From assembly GCA_051294375.1 (NCBI GenBank), contig CM119269.1, positions 22,307,808 to 22,371,807 on the forward strand: a stretch of 64,000 bases of DNA, given 5' to 3'. The first letter of the stretch is position 1. Each line of letters begins with the position of its first letter. Shown here piece after piece: positions 40,601 to 52,300 of the stretch. Below the pieces are notes generated by a model. That model was not told where the DNA came from. It did no database searches and was given only the letters and a program-made list of their open reading frames with translations. Position numbers and translations under genes: made by a program. This DNA is from Paraspadella gotoi (Eukaryota; Animalia; Chaetognatha).

Positions 40601-40688
40601 CGACGACGACGATAACGATAACGACGACGACGACGACGATGGAATCTTATTAACTTCTATTTTTAAATTGCCTTCAAAGTTGTACTAA
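37221..40688 (+). CDS. Secreted pentraxin/laminin-G (concanavalin-like) fold protein
   Basis: Exons 37221-37269 (MARSILVIIFLIWFNF signal peptide), 37356-37437, 37650-37753, 38327-38649, 38860-38988 and 39334 to ~39682, plus a probable last exon from 40539 (frame ambiguous). Motifs FTFSFNV, CLFSYGS, ENNWNH|VMF, LMINGI, NGRFLVGRCQQ, FFGCISDVKMWQKYF and GQLLLSW follow the pentraxin/LamG strand pattern. Confidence 0.72.
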
Positions 40689-41002
40689 GAGTTAGAGTTA
40701 GAGTCTTTACCATTTACAATTTAAACGATAAAATATCGAAATAATCTTGTTACAAAAGCCACAACCTTCGAACGATCTGCAATGTTTTTTTCATGTTTTT
40801 ACTTTTTAAAAAAAATCTGCTTTCAGAAGTCGATATATTTTTGATTTTCCAATTTAGTTCACAGAGTATGATTCGGTAACACGTTCGCGTTTAAGAGGTT
40901 GACGACTTGATCTCGTCTAGCCGGGTTTCGAAAAATTCTGAGGCGGCGCATCTGCGCTCGTCTCTGTCATTTCTACCCCCGGGGTTAATCAAAACCCCCG
41001 AG

Positions 41003-41050
<48 letters not shown>

Positions 41051-41098
41051 CTCTCTTGGGGTCATCCAACGATTCCGATGAAAAAAAAAAGAAACTTG

Positions 41099-41407
41099 AT
41101 TGGCAACTTTGTTAAATCCGACGCTTTCATCACAAAATCCGTGTTTTCCGAATCGCGACGACGAAAAGAAGAATCAATCCACCAATTAGAGACGAGTTTT
41201 TTCCTACCCCAGCCAATCGAGGGGCAGAACGGGTTCGGGGCTTTTGAAAAAGAATCGATACTCTAAAATTGTTGGACCAATCGAAGCCTCTCGCGGATCT
41301 CAAATCAGAAGCTGACTTTAGAATATTAAAGGGGTTAACGAGGGTAAAGTTACGCCGCCCGTTACTGACCGACCAATGAAAAGACGAGAACGGAAAAAAG
41401 GACCAAT
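41099..41407 (+). promoter_or_regulatory. CCAAT-box cluster, candidate promoter of cadherin B
   Basis: CCAAT at 41182, 41213, 41277, 41373 and 41403, plus ATTGG at 41099, in a CpG-rich patch ~3.3 kb upstream of ATG 44661. A 5'UTR acceptor at 44551 implies an upstream non-coding exon. Confidence 0.45.
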
Positions 41408-41439
41408 GAGAGAGCTTGAGTTAACCGGCGTTGTTTATT

Positions 41440-41947
41440 AAAGAGAGGGATCGAGAGAAGGAGAGAACGAAAAAGAGAGAGAGAGAGAACGAAAGGAGAA
41501 GCGGGTTTTTTTCGCGTCTTCCCGAAAGAAGAAGCGGATTTCAAAGTCATCCTCTTTTTTTGCTGGAATTCGTCCCGAATAAAAAAAGAACAACTTTGAA
41601 ACATTGTCAATGGATTATTTTCCTCTTTTTCTTTTCGTTCTTTTAATCGAGCTTTGAAATATCAAACACAAATTCGATGGAATTGGCANNNNNNNNNNAA
41701 GAGAGGGATCGAGAGAAGGAGAGAACGAAAAAAATAGAGAGAGAGAACGAAAGGAGAAGCTGTTTTTTTTCGCGTCTTCCCGAAAGAAGAAGCGGATTTC
41801 AAAGTCATCTTCTTTTTTTGCTGGAATTCGTCCCGAATAAAAAAAGAACAACTTTGAAACATTGTCAATGGATAATTTTCCTCTTTTTCTTTTCTTTCTT
41901 TTAATCGAGCTTTGAAATATCAAACACAAATTCAATGGAATTGGCAG
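41440..41947 (+). repeat. ~250-bp tandem duplication split by an N gap (likely two haplotypes)
   Basis: 41440-41688 and 41699-41947 are near-identical with a few SNPs and indels, separated by 10 Ns. Confidence 0.85.
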
Positions 41948-43014
41948 AGGATTTTTTCCAATTTTCCATAATCAAACCGTTTTAGAGAATTCAAAAACTA
42001 AACTCGGAGCCAAATAAACTTTTGGATATATTTTGGTTTTTAACGCTTCAATGAAATATGAATTTTTAAACATATTAAGTTTTAAGTACAATTTTTTTTA
42101 AATATAAAAAAAAATTGGAAAGGGTTCAAATCATTTTTTTTCCTTTAAAGGTTCCAACTGTGTTCCACCCAGCTTATTCGGGATTTTGGCATTTTTGTCC
42201 ATCGTGTAGTTAGATCCTAAATATGTATTTTTTTCCTTTGCGATTTTTTTCCTCGGTTTTATGTTTGTCTGTATTATATATATACTTTTTAAAGGCATAT
42301 ATGTAGAAATGAAACCATTTTTTAACTTTTTTTTTTACATTTTTTCATTTTTTTTCTTTCTTCTCTTCCTTCATTCTCTCTTTCTTTCTCTCTGTTTTTC
42401 TGTCTCTCCTCTTTTCTTTCTTTTTCTATCGTCCTTACCTTTTTTCTTTCTCTCGAACTCACTCGCCCTCATCTCTCTCAGCCTTTCGTCTCCTCACCTC
42501 TTCTCAATTCACGTTGTCCAACGGTCGTTGTCCAAAGTCCAATGCGTGAAACATGAAGTTTGTCATTTAAAATCTATAAATGTTTTCTTTATTTATCTCT
42601 TTCTTTCTTTTGCTTTCCTTAATCACTTGATCACAGGATTCACTTATCATAAACGATTCACCTCTTGAGTCTTTTGTTTGTTTCACTTTCATTTTTAGGA
42701 CTTTAAATCACAACTCGGAGTTTTTCATTAGGGCGGGGTAAATCAAAGTCATTTGGATAATTTTGAAGATCGAGAACTAAAACCGGATAATCATTTCATT
42801 TTGGTTTAAATCCTCAGCTCAAAATGCTCCTTAACTATAAATGCAGATATTCATCCAGATGTAAATATAAATTTGAAACCAAATCGTCATCTAAATCCTC
42901 AACTCAAACCCAATTTTCATCAAGATACAAATTTAAAATTTCAACTTAAAAAAAAAACCGGTTAACAAATTCTTGATTTTCATTTAGTTATATTTCTCAG
43001 GTACATTATCTCGA

Positions 43015-43155
43015 TTCTAGGGTTGATTCTAGACCCGATTCTAAATACTATTTTAAACCCGATTCTAAATACGATTCTAAACCCGATTCTAAATACGATT
43101 CTAAACCCGATTCTAAATACGATTCTAAACCCGATTCTAAGCCCGATTATAAACC
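43015..43155 (+). repeat. Minisatellite (aaacccgattctaaatacgattct)n
   Basis: About 5 tandem units. Confidence 0.8.
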
Positions 43156-43394
43156 TGATATCCTAAAATCCATGTACTTTGGCTTCCCTTCTTGTTACTT
43201 TATGTTTGAAGAGAGAGAACAAAAAGAAACAGAACAAAAAGATTAAGAACAAAATTAGTTCTTAGTCGTAATTAAGTTTTTTTTTTAAGTTTTGATTTGA
43301 GGTGACGGGAGAGACGAAAAACGTCGAAGGGACTTAGTCACGAAATCAACCATTGTTTGTCTTTCTATTTTTAAGGCGGGGATAAATTAGAGAT

Positions 43395-43485
<91 letters not shown>

Positions 43486-44217
43486 AATTTAAAAAAAAGA
43501 AAGAAAAAAAAACAAATAAAGGAAGAAGATCGTTAGGGTGGAACCACATCTCATGACTCTCTCTCTCTCTCTCTCTCTCTCGCATTATTGACCTCTTGAC
43601 ATCCTGAGACTTTTTTCTTCTTTCGTCAAAATCGTCGCCTTCAAGATTTCGCTTTTCCGTTTTTCGCCTTCAAAAGGAATTTACTGTACACATTTTCGAT
43701 CCGAAGGAACTTTCAAAACAAACTTCACTGTACACTCAAAAAATCGAAATTTATCGAAGCGAAAAATCGATTTAATATTTTAGGAAAACCAAAGAAAATC
43801 AATATAAAAAGTTTATTTTGTAATCGATTTTTTAAAAAAAAGCGCGCGTCATTTAAATATAAAACTGGATTTATTTATGACAATCGTGACTCATGAGATC
43901 GAAAAAGGAAAGACGCACCCAGTGTTATTGACGCCAGGCGGTGACGGCGAAGACGACGACGACCACGACGACGACGACGAAGGCTACGCTGGATACTTTT
44001 GCAATAACAATGACGACGAAGACGACAACGACGACGAGGACAGCAAAGAGGACGATGACGGAGGCGATGACAACGACGACAATAACGACGACGACGACTA
44101 CGACGACCACGACGACGACAACGTATCCCCAATCGGACAGAAACTGGTTTCTTCGCCCTTTTTTCTCGTCCCATCTGCAAGTTTCGTGCTCGACGTGCAG
44201 GTTTTGGAGACAGAGTC

Positions 44218-44250
<33 letters not shown>

Positions 44251-44660
44251 GACGTTGAAGCGAGCACGAGCGACGGAGAAAAAAAAACATTAACGGAATC
44301 TATTTTTCTTTTGTTCAAAATGTTTCGGTTTTGTTGTCAAATTTTTTTTGTAATTTCGATTTTTACCAAATTTAAATTTTATTCAAAACATTCCTTGTTT
44401 TTGTTTTTATTTTTTAAATCGTCCGTTGAATTGACTTTCAACTTTCGCTTTAAACTTTATAGTTTCTGTTTATTGTTTATTTTTATTAACCGTGTTTATC
44501 GTTTAATATTTGTTTCTCATCCGGTTTTTTTTTCTTCTTCTTTATTTTCAGATTATTAAAATCTCGCATTAAAATCCTTCCGAAAATCATGACCCCGTCC
44601 TATCACAATATCTTCTGAAAGAAAAGCCTTCTCACATTGTTACCGTCTCACCGTTTCACA

Positions 44661-47600
44661 ATGCGTCCTTTCCTCTCCCCCCTCCTCCTGCCCCTCCTCT
44701 TCTTCCTCCTCCTCTTCCCCCTCTCCTCCGCTCAAGACTTTTTCAAATTCACTTACAACACGAACGTAAATGAAAACGAGCGGCCGTCAGTCGATCAATC
44801 AGTCTCGGGCGGCGTCCCGGGTTCTTTGCAACAAATCAATGGAGACTTTACAAAACAACACACAGCAGCCGACTTCGCGAAGCCGCTTACCTACGAAAAG
44901 TACCTCACCTGCGCAGACGTCGGCTGCAGAAGCTTGAGGCTTCCGTCGATCAAGTTCTCGGTTCAGAATACGCAACCGTCACCTCCTGATTTTATGACGT
45001 TCGTCATGATGGAAGGAACTTTGGACAGAGAGCTCGTCAAGGATCCAATCAGGTACAAAAGGAAAATTCAATATGAAATTTCGGCTCTCATTTCTTAAAA
45101 CATCCCATTTCTGTTCCTTTAGCCCGGAATTTGATTTTAACAGTGATATTTAATCGAAACATATTCTTAAACTAATAACCCAATCTCTAACCTAACCCTA
45201 ATACTGAATTCTAACCTAAACCTAACCTAAATCCAAAACCCTTAACCCTAACCCTAATACTGAATCCTAACCTAAACCTAAACCTAAATCCAAAACCCTT
45301 AACCCTAACCCTAATACTGAATCCTAACCTCAACCTAAACCTAAATCCAAAACCCTTAACCCTAACCCTAATACTGAATCCTAACGTAAACCGAAACCTA
45401 AACCTAAACCTAAATCCAAAACCCTTAACCCTAATACTGAATCCTAACCTAAACCTAAACCTAAATCCAAAACCCTTAACCCTAACCCTAATAACTAACC
45501 TAATCCCTAACCTTAATCATTAACGTAATCCCTAACCTAATACCTAGCTTTAACTTAATCTTTAATTCAGGAAACTAAAGTTATTCCAAAATTAGGATAA
45601 AATGTGTTGTTCTGGGACAATAAAATCTCTTTTCTCTTTTTCAAAAGCGCTCTAGTTCTATTCTTTAATCCCTGAATTTAATCTTAATCTATTTTCAAAC
45701 CCAAAACCCAACCTGAAACCCTAATTTTTAACCCTAACTCTAACCTAATTTTTATTTCTAACTCTAACCTAATTTTTAACCCTAACTCTAACCTAATTTT
45801 TTACGCTCACACTCACCTAATTTTTAACTCTAAATACTAATCCATAAATCTCTAACCCTAACGTTAACTCCTCTTCCTTAAGTTAATCCTTAACCTCTAA
45901 TCTTTAAATAAAAAAATTAATATAATTAAAATAATCGAAAATATTAAGGCTCATTTCTTGTTATATCTCTTAGGCTGGAGATCAAAGCGTCCTACCAGTT
46001 TATAAACCAAGCCGAGCAGACCGTGAACAAGACTTTGGTTCTCACAGTCAACGACGCCAATGATAATTCTCCCATCTGTGACTCCATCTGTGTCAGTCAC
46101 AGCACGGCGACGATTCCGGAGACCAATAACATGGGTGTCATACCAAACCTTAAGGTGTCTCAAATTGTGACAAATTTTATTCAATTAATTTTTCTTATAT
46201 AAAAATTGCTAAATTTTTTTTTACTGTTTATAAGATTTAGATTTTAAAATATTTATTATGAATTTTTTATAAAAAATGTTTTTTAATCTTTGAAATTTTA
46301 AATGTGGAGTCATATTTAAAAAAATATATATTATAATAAAATCTAATATTTAATATTTTTTTTGGATATTTTTAGTCGGATCTGCTTATCTGCAGATCCC
46401 GACTCTATAATTCACTTTGTCGGTCCGTCGGTCCGCCCCCTCAATATTGTCGGGCACTAACTAATTGAATTATGATAAATTATGCAAAAAAAATGATGTC
46501 CGTCCGTCCGTCCATCCCACCTTAGCAAAAAACACCAATTACTCGTGATTGGATGGATGAATTTGAATGAAATTTTGTGTGTGGGTAGGGAAGTGTGTGA
46601 TTGAGCTGGATATGAAGTTTTGATGGAATCGTCCGAGTGGAAATGAGTTTAAATATAAATTTAAAATATAATTCACTATTTGAACACCGATTGACCTGGA
46701 ATTTTGTATGTGAGTAGAAAAATGTGTGATTGAACAGGAAACCAAGTTTCGATGGAATCGTTTGAGTGGAAATGAGTTTTAATGGAAAAAAACAAAAAAC
46801 CGGTTTCACTAATTGATTATGATTTTTTTTCCTTTTATATTAAATGTATATGCAGGATGTATTAATAAATCAAATAATTAATCAGTTAATTAATCAATTA
46901 GTCAATTAATTAATCACTAATTAATTAATCAGTCAATCCGTCCAGCCGTCCCACCTTAGCAAAAAGCCCCAATAACTCGTGATTGGCTGGTTGGATCGGA
47001 ATGAAATTTTGTGTATGGGTAGGAACATGTGTGATGAAGCTGGATATAAAGTTTCGACGGAATCGTGTGAGTGGATATGAGTTTAAATGGAAAAAACATA
47101 AGTCGCATTTACTAAAATCTTTTTATTTATTTTAACCAATAAATACTCTAATTAATCATAATGGGATGGATAGATTGAGTTCAAATTTTGTGTGTAAATA
47201 GGAAAATGTGTGACAAAGCTTGATATAAAGTTTCGGTACGAGTGGAAATGAGTTTAAATGAAAAAAATATGAGTCACATTTACTTGACTCTTTTTACTTA
47301 TTTTAACCCATAATAGATTGAGATGAAATTTTGTGAGCGGGAAGGAAAGTTTGTGAAGAAGCTAGATATAAAGTTTGGACGGAATTTTGCCAGTGGAAAT
47401 GAGTTTAAATGGAAAAAATATAAGTCACATTTACTTTATTTTAAGGACATCGATGATGATAAGCTGTATATAAATTTATAATTAATTATTAAATATTAAA
47501 ATTAATTAATTCATTAATTAAATAATCGATTAATTAATTAATTAATTAATTTTCGTAGGCAGGTACGACATTGTGTGCTCAAACTTGTTTATAGCAGATT

Positions 47601-49139
47601 CAAATTCTTTATAAAAAATTTGTTATAAAAAAATGTTGTTTCATTAAAAATTTTATCAAAAAGGTTTATTATAAAAAAGAATAATATTTTATAACCTAAT
47701 CTTAAAAACATTTTTGAAAATTATTTTTTTAAATTTTATCTTTTTATCTGTTTAGTTTCATATATTAAGAGTGCTAAAAGTTTAAACTGACTAATTTTAA
47801 AAATAATTAATTTACATAATATGTTTCATCGAAGGAATATTTTTTTGGATTTCCATTTTTATTTTTCTCTCCCTCCCAAGGCCGCCATGACAGACGAGGA
47901 CGCCTTAGCCTTCGGCACCGTCTCCTACACCCTCACCTCCGTAACGGGCGTCAAAAATGGCGCCTCAACGGCCATTCCTTCCTTAAATTTCTTTATCGAC
48001 GAATCTACTGGAATCGTGGAAAATCGAGTTCCGCTCGATTACGAAGCGACTGACGAGATCGTGATAGAAGTCGTTGGGACGGATAACAATCCCTTCAATG
48101 AGGAATGCGGAATACCAAGCCTTTGGTAAGGAATTTTGGGGGTAAGTGAAGAAATGGAAAGCTTTCGGTCGAGTTCTTTTTAGTCTCTATGTCTCTCCGT
48201 TTGTGTCAGAAAAAGAGTTGAAGAGAGAGGTTAAAAATATACCGATTCAAGAGATGAATACGTGAAATATTTCAAACTACTACAATATGCAAATGAGATT
48301 TAAAAACTCGTTTTTCGACGTATCTGAGTAGGGACGAACTCTTTCCTTTCCTTTGAATGAAATTTTAGATTGTTCTTTTTTTTTAAGAAGAAACCAGACC
48401 GAGGTCAAATTTCATATTTGCATATTTAACTAATTTATAAATATTTATCCCAACTCAAATAATTAATTATTTTAAAAAAGAATAAAAATGATTAAATAAT
48501 ATACACTAAAACAAATTTACAATTTTAAAATTGTAAAAATTATTAGAATAACAAAAAAAGTAATGTTTAATTTGACAATATCTCTCTTCTCAACTTCTAT
48601 TTTAGATATCATTTGCCAATAGTGGGCCGACCGGTCCAAAGTTACAGTTAATAAGCAAAAACAAAAAAAAATTTTTTGTTAGAAAGTTATATATGCAATT
48701 AAATTAATCCGCGCAATTGCCGGACATATAGCAGCTATATGTACAGCAGCAAGCTGATGTACATGTGATATTGCCTGCATTATAAGTTATTTTTCCTTTT
48801 TTCTAAAAGGAATCCATGAAAATCTCGGATGTAATTTGGGATTTTGTATAGAGAAAAAAAAATAAATGGCGATAATAAAAGTTTTAGAAAGGAAAAAAAT
48901 AATAAGAATTTTTCAAAAAACGAACGGTCGTACATAGAGAGAGAGACAGAGAGAGAGAGAGAGTGAAAAAAAAGTGACTAAAAAATTTTTTTGTAAAAAA
49001 AAAAAGAGAGAGAGAGATAGAGAGAGCCGGAACTCGTTTACTCGTCGCGCAGTGACGGAGGTGAAAAAAAGGTGACTTTAAATTATTTTTGTACAAAAAA
49101 AAGAGATAGAAAGAGACAAAGAGAGAGAGAGACAGATAG

Positions 49140-49189
<50 letters not shown>

Positions 49190-49250
49190 GGAACTCGTTT
49201 ACTCGTTTACAAGTGAATAAATTTTTTTTTGTAAAAAAAAAAAAGAGAGA

Positions 49251-49318
<68 letters not shown>

Positions 49319-52300
49319 TTTTCCCGCCAACGATACGCAATATTAGGTCACTCTTGTTTATATCGGCGTGATCTCGGTCAAGTTGATTTTTTTTTATACA
49401 CGTAACGCGTTATTAGGTCATGTTCCTCGACATTGTTTACTCGTTGCCCCGCAACGGCCACGAAATCCAGGTCAAGTAAGTTATTCTTCACATTTTCTCA
49501 AAAAAAATCCACGAAAATCTCAGATGTAAATTTGGGATTTTGTATTGAGAAAGAAGCGCGGAATAAATGGCGATAATAAAGTTTTTAGAAGGAAAGAAAT
49601 AATAAGAATTTTTCAAAAAACGGTGGTAAACAAAGTGAATAATTTTTTTTTTGTAAAAAAAAGAGAGAGAGAGAGAGAGGAGGAGAGAGAGACGGAGGGA
49701 GACGGAGGAGAGAGAGAAGAGAGCCTGAACTCGTTTTTTTTAAACGATTCAGAAAAGGCAGCGCCTGATCAAATATATATGTTTTTTAGAAAGAAAAAAA
49801 TAATCAGAATTTTTCAAAAAACGAACGATCACGCAAGAGATCGCACACAAAGAGAGACAGAGAGAAACTGAACTCGTTTTTAAACGATTCAGAAAGGCAG
49901 CGCCTAAAAGAAATATATATATAATTAAAAAATAAATAAAAGAAAGGCAAAAAATGTTACAATGGTTTACAATTGGAAACTTTTCCAATTTTTTCCAATC
50001 GCAGCTTGTAAAAGATTTTATTTTTATTTGTATTAAAATTAAGATATAGCTTCTCATTAAAAAAATCCTTTGAGTTCCCATTTTTATTAGAAATTTAAAA
50101 AAATTTTTTGAATTTCATCTTCAATATTATATACTGCAATATGTAAATTAGCTTAAAGCATTTTTATATACTAATTTGGATATTATAGATCGAGTACTAT
50201 AATCTCATTTGCATATTGCAGTAAATCATAATGAAGTGGAAATTCAAAAAAAAATACTTAAATCCAAATGTAATAAGAAATATCAAAGCTATTTCAAGTT
50301 GAGAAGCCATATCTAATTTTTTAACTTACTATGATCGCACACTTTTGTAAAACTTTATAATAATTCATAATAATTTTTATTTAAAAAAAAACGGTAAGTC
50401 CCAGCCAAACTATAAAAGCGCAGTAGTTTTTATACAAAAAAGCGTGACGCCGACGACGACGACGACTACGTCACAAAGAAGCAATACTAAAACATTATAG
50501 AGCCTGACCCGGCTTCGCCGGTCATGGCTCGATAATAAATAAATAAATGAATAAGAATGATTAAATAATTAATTTCTCACTTGACTCCCGCAACCCCTCT
50601 TCACAACCCCTCTTCACAAGACACTCCGTCTCACTCTGACCGACGTGGACGACAACCTCCCCGTCTTCTCTGGACCGACGAATCCCCAAGTGTCGGTCTC
50701 CGAAAACGCGTCCGTCGGCTTCGTCGTCTACGAGTTGTCGGCCACGGACGCCGACGAAGGCGACAACGCGAGAGTCGAATTCGTTTTGACCGAAAACGAA
50801 TATTTTAAGATCGAAACTGCGAGGAAGAGGAAGAGGAGAAAGAGAGCGGTCGAAACTAAAGCCAAGATCGTCGGTGAGAATTTTTTTTTTTNNNNNNNNN
50901 NGGGGGGGTTGGGCACTATTTTCCGAACGTAGGCCCGTTTCCGTTTTTAAGACCTGAACTTTAATTTTTAACCATATTATCTAACGCTAATATCTCTCTT
51001 AATGTTTAAGCTAACTCGTAAACTTAATCCTAAATTTAACCTAATCGCTAACGCGCGTTACCCAATTCCATATTTTAAAAAAAATTATTTTATTTTTAAA
51101 GCGCTTTATTTTCAAAAGCTTTTTAATAAACGTTTTATACCATTTTTCTTTTTTTTTCTTTTTTCTTCTCTCTCTTCTCTTCTCTTCTCTTCTCTTCTTT
51201 TTCACCTCCTTTCTCTTCCCCGCGCCACACGCCGCCCCGCTTCCAGTCAAAAAACAGCTTGACTTTGAGACAGCGCCCTCCGTCCCACTGAGCGTCACAG
51301 CACATAACCCAGCGCCCGGTTCCCCGTCATCTCCGCCTTTGACATTCAACGTGAGTGTAACCAACGTCAATGACGAACCCCCGCGTCTAGAGGGCGTAGA
51401 CAACATCGTCATTCCCGATGCGGCCGTCAGGGGCGACACCATCGCCGCTGTAAAAGTCAACGACCCCGATGGGTAAGGAAAAAGATAGGGAATTCGTTTC
51501 TTATAAATTATTTGCTATTCTTTTTTGTTATTTTGTTGAAATGCTGCTTTGAACAATTAGTTTCGGCTTAATTTCTTTTTTGTCAATATCCTTTTCATTT
51601 GTATTTTTAAGTTTTTATTCATAGTTTTTGTTTGTTTTCTTTATTTTGTTATTTTTATTTTATTTCTTTTTATTTTGTTTCTGTGTGGTTTGTTAAATTT
51701 GTTTGTTTTTATTTGATTTTTATTAACGGGGTAGTTTATTTTGTATACTTGTTGTTATTATGTTGTTGTTATCATAATATTATGTTGTTATAGTATAAAT
51801 CCGGGTTTTTTCTATTATATCTTCTTAAAGATGCTCCCATCTCCTCCCCCAATCCCCTTCTCCAGCGGCGACCCCTTCGACATCTCTCTCGTCCCGGATC
51901 CTTCAATCGACGGCGTCTTTGCTCTTCAAGATGGCAACACCGCCGATGAGAAGAAGCTCGTTATGCAGGTTGATGAAGAGAGAAGAAAAATGCGTGGCTC
52001 CCTTTTCAAAAGGGCCCAATTTCTGTTCCCCTAATACTTAATTTAATACTCAATTTTAACTCTAATATTAAACTTTAATCTGTTACGAAACCAATAATCT
52101 TATCCTTAACCATAAACTGGTCTTTAACCTTAACACAAAACCCTAATCCCTAATCTTTAAACCTAACCCCTAAACCAAACCCCTAACCCTAAGCACAAGC
52201 AATAATTCTTAACCCGAATAACTAATCTAATCCTTAACCCTAATCCTTTACCATAACCAATACTTTTTTACTAACAATACCCAAAAAAATATCAAAAGGA

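Noticed and set aside
43877-44293. Asp-rich 138-aa ORF upstream of cadherin B
   Set aside because: Driven by (GAC)n and (GA)n simple repeats, which are common in non-coding DNA here. No domain signal or supported splice link.
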